From Promethearchaeia archaeon (GTDB lineage: Archaea; Asgardarchaeota; Lokiarchaeia; Sigyniarchaeales; SOKP01): a stretch of 64,000 bases of DNA. A model generated the notes under the pieces. That model saw only the letters and a list, made by a program, of their open reading frames with translations, was not told the origin of the DNA and made no database searches. Positions 1 to 8,849 of this stretch are shown here, piece after piece. Location of the stretch: the NCBI GenBank assembly GCA_029856155.1, contig JAHQWL010000096.1, positions 1 through 64,000 on the forward strand. Direction: 5' to 3'. The translations under genes were made by a program, and so were the position numbers. Numbering within the stretch: position 1 is the first letter of the stretch; every line of letters begins with the position of its first letter.

Positions 1-79
1 GATACTGTAGGGGCTTTCTCTACAGCGTGAATCTTGGTTTGGGACCAAGGGGTCGGGGGTTCAAATCCCCCCTCTCCCA
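1..79 (+). tRNA. tRNA-Pro(TGG), 5' end outside the window, with an intron at about 4-31
   Basis: Anticodon arm CTTGG(33-37)-TTTGGGA-CCAAG(45-49), anticodon TGG at 40-42. T-arm GGGGG-TTCAAAT-CCCCC (55-71). Acceptor 3' strand CTCTCCC (72-78), discriminator A79. CCA is not encoded. Confidence 0.92.
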
Positions 80-113
80 CTCATTATTTTTTTAATCCCT
101 CTCAAAATAATAT

Positions 114-401
114 CTATATATCTATTAAATCTTCAATCTCTATTGAATCTTCTTTATCAAAGTAAACTTCAGGGATTAGTTCTTGAATTGATGAAAACAG
201 ATTCAAGATAATTGCTGGGTTTTCGGAGGTTACAATATGATATCTTAAAATTTTACTTAATTTAGATATATTAATATTGTCTTTAAAGAGTTTAAACAGT
301 TGAATAATATCATCTTTGAAGGTTGAATCTTTTTGTATCCAAGCAATAATTCTCTTCTCTTTTGATGGTTTATTTGGTTTAATCTTTAAAATTAACTTCA
401 T
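114..401 (-). CDS. Hypothetical protein (95 aa)
   Basis: Non-overlapping ORF with ATG start, co-oriented downstream of the polyferredoxin; no motif recognised. Confidence 0.7.
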   Translation of the reverse strand: MKLILKIKPNKPSKEKRIIAWIQKDSTFKDDIIQLFKLFKDNINISKLSKILRYHIVTSENPAIILNLFSSIQELIPEVYFDKEDSIEIEDLIDI

Positions 402-496
402 TTAACAATTACCAATATTGATTTTGATATTTACCTTAATTATATGACTACATATTTAAACAAGGATAATTTTAGAGAAAGAGATATTTAATTTCC

Positions 497-1576
497 TTAT
501 TTTTTCTTACTTAAGAATTTATTAAGTTCTTTTGTAATTTGCTGGGTTTTTTTGTCCTTTATCCAGTACCTGATTTTTGGAGATCTGAGGAAAGTTTGAA
601 TCTTCTGGTTTAATTCATCCAATTTTTTTCTATCTTCCATTGATAATTGCGGAATTTTTTCTTCAATTTTCTTATGTAATTTTTTAACTTCTTCTTCAAT
701 TTCGGGGATTTTTATTTGTACTTTTCCCCGAATCAACGCTTTTCTAAGAATTTCTTTTATACTATTTATCCAGCCCTGTATCCAGGGGTAATTTCCTCTC
801 TTTTTAGGATCAATGATTACAATATCCTTTCTATTAACAACTATCAAATCGTCAGGGCAAGAATTTTCGCAAGCTCCGCAATAAAAACACTCATCTTCAT
901 TACATGCAATTTTTCCATATTTTTTCACATCTTCCGCGCGTTCAGGAATAAAAAAAGACTCCGTTGGGCAGATATTGACACATGCTTTACACCCTTGAGG
1001 ATCGCATTTATGGAGCATATTTTTTTTGATAATAACTTCTCCTTTAATTGGAGAATCAATTGAAAAACATTGGAGGGGACACTCCTTTTGAATTTTAAAG
1101 TATTCCTTTATTTTGTTTCTATCTCTAACTTTTAAACATAGCTGGCATATTTCATTTTTAGAATCTTCATTACATTTTTTCATATCTATCTTGAAAAACT
1201 TTCCGATTGATGGGAATTCTTCAAGGTCTATTTGTTCTTCGGGAATAATATTTTCATGGAATGCATCATTTGGGCAGACTACTGCGCATAACATACAATA
1301 ACAGCATTTATCATAGTCTATCAATATTTTTGGATTACTATCATCTAATATTCCTTGAGCGATATCGGAAATTGGCCCAAGCTCGATCGCATCAACAGGA
1401 CATACAATTTTGCATAATGAACATCCTATACAACGTTTTATATCATATATAAGTTTTTTATCAACATTTTGAAACTTCCATTTAAGTACTAATTGGTCAG
1501 GCGAAATATCTATGTCTTTTTGGATAGATTCTTTTTCTCCATCAATAGATTCATCATCAGATAATGTTTGCGTAAT
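497..1576 (-). CDS. Polyferredoxin, FwdF-like 4Fe-4S protein (about 359 aa; probable ATT start upstream of the track start 1324)
   Basis: CxxCxxCxxxCP motifs (CCYCMLCAVVCP, CKACVNICP, CFYCGACENSCP). The frame stays open upstream of 1324 to a stop at 1604-1606 and encodes another motif, CIGCSLCKIVCP. Confidence 0.8.
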   Translation of the reverse strand: MTQTLSDDESIDGEKESIQKDIDISPDQLVLKWKFQNVDKKLIYDIKRCIGCSLCKIVCPVDAIELGPISDIAQGILDDSNPKILIDYDKCCYCMLCAVVCPNDAFHENIIPEEQIDLEEFPSIGKFFKIDMKKCNEDSKNEICQLCLKVRDRNKIKEYFKIQKECPLQCFSIDSPIKGEVIIKKNMLHKCDPQGCKACVNICPTESFFIPERAEDVKKYGKIACNEDECFYCGACENSCPDDLIVVNRKDIVIIDPKKRGNYPWIQGWINSIKEILRKALIRGKVQIKIPEIEEEVKKLHKKIEEKIPQLSMEDRKKLDELNQKIQTFLRSPKIRYWIKDKKTQQITKELNKFLSKKK

Positions 1577-1903
1577 TTTTATGCCCTCTTTTTTATTTGT
1601 ATATTATTATAGAATTTTTTTATATCATCCTTTATATAAGGGTAAAAGATAAAAGCTTATTTTCTAAGTTCTTGTAAAATTGAAGTACAAAAAAAATTTA
1701 CGGTAATAGTTTTGAAATACTTCTGATATTTATATTTTTATAATATAATCCAGAATTCAAGGTACTTATATTTAATGTCAAAGCATAAATACGATTACTT
1801 CTGTATTAGGTGTGTAAGATTGTTCAGCAAAAACTTCTATTTTAAATTTATCTAAAACAGAAGTTTTCTAAGTGGGATTGATCTCCTAAAAGGTGAATTA
1901 GGG

Positions 1904-2284
1904 ATAAAAACAATTTTTATTGCTGAAGATGATAGAGATCTTCAAAGACTATATGAACTTTTATTAGGAATGGCGGGCTTTCAAGTTTTAGGCATTGCTA
2001 ATAATGGAGAGGAGGCAATAAGAATGTTCAATTCATTTAGGATAAAACCTGACATAATAATTTTAGATTATAGAATGCCTATAAAAAATGGGATTGATGC
2101 TTTAAAGGAAATTCTACAAATTGATCATAATTCAAAAGTTATTTTTGCGAGTGCTGACAAGACTATTAAAGAAGAAGTATATGCTAATGGCGCAATGGGA
2201 TTCTTGGATAAACCTTTTACGCATCAAAAATTAATAACTACCCTTAATAAATGCTTGAATTCACATAAGCTATCTCATCAATGA
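1904..2284 (+). CDS. Single-domain response regulator (CheY-like receiver); probable ATA start
   Basis: IIILDYRMP (phospho-Asp), FAS, FLDKPF. The acidic pocket IFIAEDD lies upstream of ATG 1970 in frame. SD AGGTGA at 1891-1896. Confidence 0.88.
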   Translation: MKTIFIAEDDRDLQRLYELLLGMAGFQVLGIANNGEEAIRMFNSFRIKPDIIILDYRMPIKNGIDALKEILQIDHNSKVIFASADKTIKEEVYANGAMGFLDKPFTHQKLITTLNKCLNSHKLSHQ

Positions 2285-2331
2285 ATTTGAGAGATAACTT
2301 GTATTTTTCTATATACTATTTTATATTTTAA

Positions 2332-2829
2332 TTAAGAGATATAATCATAACTCTCTTGATCAAAATTATAGATATATTCAATTTGTACCTCAGGTTTAAG
2401 ATCTGGAGGAGCATAAATTAAAGGCAAATTAGGAAAAAAAGTAGCAATCCCATTTTTTGCAAGAATTATTGCGGGGTGGTTGCTTTCCTTGAAAATTTTT
2501 TCACTTATCCTAAGAGTGATATTTCTGCATAGTTGTTCATCAAGAACACCCAAAGAATGGATATATTCATGTAATAGAATATGATATGTATAAGCCCAGA
2601 CTATTTCAAAAGGTTGTTCTTTTAGAATGATTTTTAGGGGAGTTTTATTCATTACAATGTCTGTCCCTGGAGGAAAATGCATCCCGCCTATAAAACCACC
2701 CTTACATATACCCATTTCCACGAGTCCAAGACTTAACCCAGCTCGATGACGTCTATAAATTTTTCGTACGTCATTTTTAACCCGTTTAAATATATTAGGC
2801 ATTTGTTTTTTTAAATCTTGTAGATTCAT
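2332..2829 (-). CDS. Putative zincin-like metallopeptidase (HEXXH)
   Basis: LLHEYIHSLG motif; last gene of the hsp20-cdc48-regulator run. Confidence 0.7.
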   Translation of the reverse strand: MNLQDLKKQMPNIFKRVKNDVRKIYRRHRAGLSLGLVEMGICKGGFIGGMHFPPGTDIVMNKTPLKIILKEQPFEIVWAYTYHILLHEYIHSLGVLDEQLCRNITLRISEKIFKESNHPAIILAKNGIATFFPNLPLIYAPPDLKPEVQIEYIYNFDQESYDYIS

Positions 2830-2873
2830 GATTCAGTATCTAAAATTAGATAATATATTAAAAAAAAACTTTA

Positions 2874-3668
2874 TTAAATATCGAAAAACCAATCATCCTT
2901 ATCTTCACGAAAGACATCCATTAAATTGGACAAATCTCTGAGTAGATGCCTAATGGATACTTTATTTTGGTCTCTTCTAATCGGTCCCATTTCTGAAAAG
3001 AACATATCATCGAGTAATTTATCAATGTTTATTCTTTTGAAATATTTTATTGGATTGTAAAAAAGTGTATAAAAAATCTCTTTTTCTAAATTGGGTTGCT
3101 CTTTTGTATTAAGATAATCGTCATACTGGTTTTTTATTATGTTTTTTAATTCTATAATAAAGCACTCTTTATTATGTAACAATATAGTTCTCTCCTGTTC
3201 CAAATTTCCTATACTTTGTTCAATTTCCTTAATTTTTTCCCCTAAAAATCTGAGTTTTTTATCAGGGGTTCTTATTTTTTGATAATCTATATGACATCCA
3301 GTATCTTTAAGTTCTAAATTGTCTCGAGTGTTATCAAGTTTAACTACATTAAAATTTATATTAAAATAATCTGGAGTGATATCAATTCTTAAAGTTAGAT
3401 TACTATTAATACGATATTTAATACTTCTTGGATCTTCACCGTGGCTTTGAATTATCCCATAATCTATAAGCATTTTAAGTTGGCTATGAATCGCTTGTCG
3501 TGATATCTTTTTCCCAAATGAAGCTGCCAATTCCGAAGCTCCTAACGGAACCTTTGCTAACTTTGATAAAATCATTCTTCTTGTAGGATTTCCTAATATT
3601 TCAAACAAGTTGTCAATACTAAGAAAAATATCTCTTCCATCAGGTTCCTCTAATTCCATATTAATCAT
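2874..3668 (-). CDS. ArsR-type wHTH transcriptional regulator with coiled coil, Phr/HSR1-like heat-shock regulator
   Basis: LGNPTRRMIL..L...SELA...ISRQAIHSQLKML HTH followed by a coiled coil; located next to hsp20 and cdc48. Start may be ATG 3659. Confidence 0.8.
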   Translation of the reverse strand: MINMELEEPDGRDIFLSIDNLFEILGNPTRRMILSKLAKVPLGASELAASFGKKISRQAIHSQLKMLIDYGIIQSHGEDPRSIKYRINSNLTLRIDITPDYFNINFNVVKLDNTRDNLELKDTGCHIDYQKIRTPDKKLRFLGEKIKEIEQSIGNLEQERTILLHNKECFIIELKNIIKNQYDDYLNTKEQPNLEKEIFYTLFYNPIKYFKRINIDKLLDDMFFSEMGPIRRDQNKVSIRHLLRDLSNLMDVFREDKDDWFFDI

Positions 3669-3695
3669 TCCTTACTTTTTATTTTTTTTTATTTA

Positions 3696-5921
3696 TTATC
3701 GATATAATTCTTCTGAAGGTTCTTTTGAATATGTTTCATGGGATTTTTTAGCCTTATCGGCTGACTTTAATACCTTTTCTATTGATATTTCAAATTCAGC
3801 TTTAGAGATTTTTACTACTTTAACTGAATCTTCATTCTTTGTGTCGATTTTTATATCATTAATAGCCTTGCGAATAGTTAAAAGTGTTGCTTCTTCGCAG
3901 ATTGCTTGAATATCAGCACCAGTATATCCTTCTAAAGCTTCTGCTAGTTGATTAATAATTACATCTTTGTCTAATGGCTTGTTTTTAAGATGAATTTTAA
4001 ATATCTCAACACGCGTCTCCTTGTCCGGCAAGGGTATATCAATATGTCTTCCAAATCTACCCGAACGTAATAAAGCAGGATCAAGCATATCTGGTCGATT
4101 TGTAGCAGCAAGTAATATAACATCTTTTAATCCTTCTAATCCATCCATCTCTGTAAGTAGCTGAGAAACTACTTGTTCTGTCACCTGAGAGCTAGCAAAC
4201 CTACCCCTCATACCAGCTATAGCATCAACTTCATCGAAAAATATAATGCATGGAGCTGCTGCTCTTGCTTTTCGAAATGTTTCTCTTACTGCTTTTTCAC
4301 TTTCACCAACCCATTTAGAAAGAAACTCTGGTCCTTTTACTGAAATGAAATTAACTTCACTTTCATGAGCTAGTGCTTTTGCTAAAAGTGTTTTTCCAGT
4401 CCCAGGGGGTCCAAAGAGTAATATTCCATTTGGGGGTTTTGAATTTAAATGTCTGTATAATTCCGGATATTTTAATGGCCATTCAATTATTTCCATTAGC
4501 TGCTGTTTTGCTTCTTCTAAACCACCAATATCCTCCCATGTTTCAGTAGGTTGGCTAATTAATACCTCCCTTAAGGCTGAGGGCTCGATGCTATTTAAAG
4601 CCGTTTCAAAATTTTTCATCATAATTTGAAGATCAACTAAAATTTCAGGAGGTATTGGTTTATCTAAATCAATTTTTGGTAATAACTCTCTAATTGCTAA
4701 CATTGCAGCTTCTTTTGCTAATGCTTCTACATCCGCACCGACAAACCCATGAGTTTTTTCAGCCATAAGTCGCAGATCAACATCATCATATAAGGGCATT
4801 CCACGTGTATGAATTAATAATATTTCATATCTACCATCTGTATCTGGAACACCAATCTCGATTTCTCGGTCAAATCTTCCAGGACGCCTAAGTGCTGGAT
4901 CTATATCATTCACTCTATTTGTTGCCCCTATAACAATGGTTTCACCCCTCCCTTCTAAACCATCTAATAATGAAAGTAATTGAGCAACAACTCTCCTTTC
5001 TACTTCACCAGTGACTTCACCCCTTTTAGGAGCTATTGAATCCAATTCATCAATGAAGATTATCGAGGGTGCCATCTCCTTAGCTTCTTCAAATACTTTA
5101 CGAAGGTTTTCCTCACTTTGTCCATAGAACTTGCTCATAATTTCGGGTCCGCTGATTGTTATAAAATGAGCCTCAGTTTCATATGCAACAGCTCTCGCAA
5201 GCAAAGTCTTACCCGTCCCCGGAGGTCCATGCAGTAAAACCCCTTTAGGAGGGTCAATACCTATTCTTTTAAAAAGTTCGGGATGTCTTATTGGTAATTC
5301 AATCATTTCCCGGATCTTCTGGATCTCTTCTTCTAACCCTCCAATATCTTCATAAGTGACTCTCCTTGCCTCTAATTCTTCAAGTTCTTTATGGGTTTTT
5401 TCTGAAATTGAAATTTTAGTATCTAAATGAATCCTAACTGCCGCAGCCTTAGGATTAAAATCTATAACTATAAAATCAATCCTTCGACCCATAGCATTAA
5501 AACTGAGAATATCTCCTTTAGTAATAACACGATTTTCTAACATATGTACCAATTGATCAGATCTCCTAAGAATGACTGACTCTTCTAACCCTGCAAATGT
5601 AATCCTATCAGCTAAACTAGCGTCTATTTTTCGAATTTCTACTATATCATCTAGGGATGCACCAATATTCCTTCTTAATGAAGAATCTATTCTGATTGTA
5701 TTTGTACCTGCATCTTCTAGTTTTCCTGGATATAGTAAAGCAGCAGTTTTCTTACCTGCTACATTATGGGAGATTTCAATAACATCACCAGTTCTAAGGT
5801 TAAGTTTGTCAATTACTTTGGGATCTATTCTTATCCTTCCTCTACCAGCATCTCCTTTATAAGCATCTTTTATCCTTACTTTTATTCTATCTCCCTTATA
5901 CTCCCGAGTTATCCCACTCAT
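3696..5921 (-). CDS. cdc48: CDC48/VCP (VAT) family AAA+ ATPase
   Basis: N domain plus two AAA modules (GPPGTGKT twice, [18 protein letters not shown]), 741 aa. Confidence 0.97.
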   Translation of the reverse strand: MSGITREYKGDRIKVRIKDAYKGDAGRGRIRIDPKVIDKLNLRTGDVIEISHNVAGKKTAALLYPGKLEDAGTNTIRIDSSLRRNIGASLDDIVEIRKIDASLADRITFAGLEESVILRRSDQLVHMLENRVITKGDILSFNAMGRRIDFIVIDFNPKAAAVRIHLDTKISISEKTHKELEELEARRVTYEDIGGLEEEIQKIREMIELPIRHPELFKRIGIDPPKGVLLHGPPGTGKTLLARAVAYETEAHFITISGPEIMSKFYGQSEENLRKVFEEAKEMAPSIIFIDELDSIAPKRGEVTGEVERRVVAQLLSLLDGLEGRGETIVIGATNRVNDIDPALRRPGRFDREIEIGVPDTDGRYEILLIHTRGMPLYDDVDLRLMAEKTHGFVGADVEALAKEAAMLAIRELLPKIDLDKPIPPEILVDLQIMMKNFETALNSIEPSALREVLISQPTETWEDIGGLEEAKQQLMEIIEWPLKYPELYRHLNSKPPNGILLFGPPGTGKTLLAKALAHESEVNFISVKGPEFLSKWVGESEKAVRETFRKARAAAPCIIFFDEVDAIAGMRGRFASSQVTEQVVSQLLTEMDGLEGLKDVILLAATNRPDMLDPALLRSGRFGRHIDIPLPDKETRVEIFKIHLKNKPLDKDVIINQLAEALEGYTGADIQAICEEATLLTIRKAINDIKIDTKNEDSVKVVKISKAEFEISIEKVLKSADKAKKSHETYSKEPSEELYR

Positions 5922-5986
5922 TTTTTTATCACTTTATATTCATTTTTCTTTAATTTTTCATTTTTAATTTTTGTATAAAATAATTT

Positions 5987-6601
5987 TTAGCTCTCTGATT
6001 TCTTTATTAGAATAATAGCTAATCCGTTTTTTACTTCAACGTTATAGTCTTTAGTTGAAGCGATGAAAGGTAAATAAACATTTTTTATATATTTTCTATT
6101 TTCATTTTTAGCTTTAAAGATTAACTTATTTTCTTCTTCACTAATATCTATTATGACTTCCTCTTCACTTATTCCAGGAATTTCAAGAACAATTTCAGTA
6201 TAATCTTTGTAATCATTTATTTCCGTATGTGGCTCTATTTCATTTAAATTCTCATTATATTCATTTGATTCTAAAGAAAGCTCACTAACATCAATTTCTT
6301 CAATAGTTTTTGATTCGAGCAACTTTTTTAGGCTAGGATATTTCGCGATATCTATTCCCTCTAAATATTCTTGAATCTTCTTCTCATCGATATTTCCTTC
6401 AATTCGAATCTCAGGTTTTCCCATACCTGTTTCAAAATGATATGATATCTTTATCCCTTTTACTTTTTTATCATCGGGTTTTAATCTTGATTTATTTTCT
6501 GATTCTGGAATAAATAGAAAATCCACATCAAATTTGTCTGAATCTAATTTAAAATATTTTTTAATTTCATCAATAATATCATCGAATTCATCCTTAATCA
6601 T
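5987..6601 (-). CDS. hsp20: Small heat-shock protein (Hsp20/alpha-crystallin domain)
   Basis: C-terminal IVLEIPGISEEEV...KNGLAII.IKK; directly upstream of cdc48. Confidence 0.8.
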   Translation of the reverse strand: MIKDEFDDIIDEIKKYFKLDSDKFDVDFLFIPESENKSRLKPDDKKVKGIKISYHFETGMGKPEIRIEGNIDEKKIQEYLEGIDIAKYPSLKKLLESKTIEEIDVSELSLESNEYNENLNEIEPHTEINDYKDYTEIVLEIPGISEEEVIIDISEEENKLIFKAKNENRKYIKNVYLPFIASTKDYNVEVKNGLAIILIKKSES

Positions 6602-6624
6602 TTATCACCAAAATTTTATATCCC

Positions 6625-6641
6625 GTCAATTCATGATTGAC
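6625..6641. promoter_or_regulatory. Palindromic operator candidate upstream of the heat-shock operon
   Basis: GTCAAT-TCATG-ATTGAC, lying between the minus-strand TATA-like box (about 6677-6687) and the hsp20 start. Confidence 0.55.
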
Positions 6642-6734
6642 AACTTAGTTCTTACAAATAAAATATACTATAATAACTATAAAAACTTATCGATTCTGAA
6701 AAATAATGAAGAGAAGCTTGAAAGATAAGTTTAA

Positions 6735-8690
6735 CTAATGATTATAATATTCTTTTAATAATTTATTTATCATTTCTCCATCTAAATTAAAAAGTTGAAA
6801 AAAAAGTTGATCTAATACAGCTTTTATATTATCCCTGTCATGTTTTTTTAATGATCTAATTATCTTTTCTTTTAAATTGATATTTTTGGTATAGGTAAAG
6901 TAATTTGAAGTCTGCATCTTTTCAATAAGAATTTCAATATTTTTGTGAGATTTGTCATGAGAATTACCAATTAAGTAATAAGAAAATATTTTAATTAATT
7001 CTATTATACCTGCACACTCTTGATTTATGAAATTATTTAGATGAGGTATAGGTAATCCTTGTTCAAGCTTAGTTTTACTTCTCTTTATAGAAATATTTTT
7101 TGCGTAAAAAATGAAAGTGACTAATCTGGAATTCAGATAGGCAAGGATAAATGGATAATCAATCTCTTTATCAGTGTATTTTTGCCATAGGAAGTATGTA
7201 TCTGAGGTGGCATAGTAGGAGGCGTTTGTATATCCAAAATTATTTTCTTTTGAAATAAATTTAAAAAAGATCTTCTCCATGTTATCATATAATGGTTCAA
7301 GATCTGTTAATTCCTCTTTATTATTTCCTTCAAATTGGCGGATAAAAGAACCTCTTCTGGGAAAATAAAAATCGTAGGGATTTTCTTTAGCATTAATTAA
7401 AATATTTTTTAATTCTTTTTCATATTGTCTAATATATTTTGAAAGAAGAGGGTATTTCTTTTTAAGTAGCTCGTTTCGCTCAAGATTAGATTGTGATTTA
7501 AATTCATTTTTATTAAAATAAATCATGTATCCTATATAGTCCTCTTGATTATATCCAAAAGCTTTAATTGATTTGCTCTTGTATATTTTTTTTAATCTTG
7601 ATTTCTCTGCTTGAGAGAGTTTTAAAAATTCTCCATTTAAACGAATATAGAATATGTTATTCTTAATTTTTAAATCTTTACCTTCTTCCAATATGAAAAT
7701 AGAGTCTTTTATGAGGATTAACCCATTTCGTATTAAGAAATAATCTTTTAATAATGAAATTTTGCTATTAACTCTGCATTTGCTTTCAATTTTGTCTATT
7801 ACATATTTTACTTCATTAGGGTATATAAGATTCCAAATTTCATCTTTTTTTAGATCGTTATTACTTATTGCTGATATGAATCTCTTCACATTTGTTAAAG
7901 ACTTTCCAGAGCTTAAATAATTGAAAACTTCGGTATTTGAAGATTTAGAATTTTGAGCAATTCTTTTATTTTCAAAAATTTGAATTATTTCAATATTTTT
8001 ATTTTTTCTTTGAATTTTCTCTTGCTCTGTCTTTTTTTGTAATATAAAAATACAGTTAAGCTGTCCTTTTGCACTTTCGAATAGCTGTAGATGTGATAAA
8101 TCTATATATTGAAGTAAAAAACATTCTTCTATAACATGTGGTTTTAATAATTTTATACCAGTTTTCTTAGATTTTGTAATCCAATAATTTGTTGTGATAT
8201 AAGAAAGAAGTCCACCCGGTTTTAATTTTTCTATTCCTAAATGAATAAAAAAGTAGAATAAATCCATATTCCCTACAAAATATTTCTTACAAAATGGAAA
8301 TTTCTTAATGTATTTCTGAAAAATTTCAGCATTATAATTTTGCCCCAAATAAGGAGGATTGCCAATTATTATATCAAATTTTTCATTTGGATTTGAGCCT
8401 AAAAAATTGTCAAATTTAAAGTCTATATTAGGATAAGAATTCAAAAGGTTGTCTTTCAAATTATTATCCATTTCATAAGCAGTTATATCAGAAAAATTAT
8501 ATTTTAAGAGACTTTTTAAAAAAATCCCTTCTCCTACAGATGGCTCTAAGATTTTTAAATTTGAAGGATCTTTGCTTGATTTTGTGATGAATGAAATTAT
8601 GTTTCTAACCATAAAATCAGCAATATAACTTGGAGTAAAAATTTGTCCAATTCTATTATCTCTTTTGGAATTAATATTTTTTAATACCAT
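6735..8690 (-). CDS. N6-adenine DNA methyltransferase (gamma class, TaqI/Eco57I-like) with target-recognition domain; orphan
   Basis: GQIFTP, ILEPSVGEGIF (motif I), DIIIGNPPY (motif IV), DLFYFFI, LAYLNS; no endonuclease gene adjacent. Confidence 0.9.
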   Translation of the reverse strand: MVLKNINSKRDNRIGQIFTPSYIADFMVRNIISFITKSSKDPSNLKILEPSVGEGIFLKSLLKYNFSDITAYEMDNNLKDNLLNSYPNIDFKFDNFLGSNPNEKFDIIIGNPPYLGQNYNAEIFQKYIKKFPFCKKYFVGNMDLFYFFIHLGIEKLKPGGLLSYITTNYWITKSKKTGIKLLKPHVIEECFLLQYIDLSHLQLFESAKGQLNCIFILQKKTEQEKIQRKNKNIEIIQIFENKRIAQNSKSSNTEVFNYLSSGKSLTNVKRFISAISNNDLKKDEIWNLIYPNEVKYVIDKIESKCRVNSKISLLKDYFLIRNGLILIKDSIFILEEGKDLKIKNNIFYIRLNGEFLKLSQAEKSRLKKIYKSKSIKAFGYNQEDYIGYMIYFNKNEFKSQSNLERNELLKKKYPLLSKYIRQYEKELKNILINAKENPYDFYFPRRGSFIRQFEGNNKEELTDLEPLYDNMEKIFFKFISKENNFGYTNASYYATSDTYFLWQKYTDKEIDYPFILAYLNSRLVTFIFYAKNISIKRSKTKLEQGLPIPHLNNFINQECAGIIELIKIFSYYLIGNSHDKSHKNIEILIEKMQTSNYFTYTKNINLKEKIIRSLKKHDRDNIKAVLDQLFFQLFNLDGEMINKLLKEYYNH

Positions 8691-8849
8691 CTAATCTTTA
8701 TATTGGATTAAGAATCTAAAATAGTTGATTGTTGTTTCTATCAAAATTTGCAATGATTAGAAGACTCATCTATTTATAGGATAATAGTGGTTTTAGCAAA
8801 AATTAAAAAAAAATCTTATAAAAAAGTAAAGACGGTTAATATAATAATT

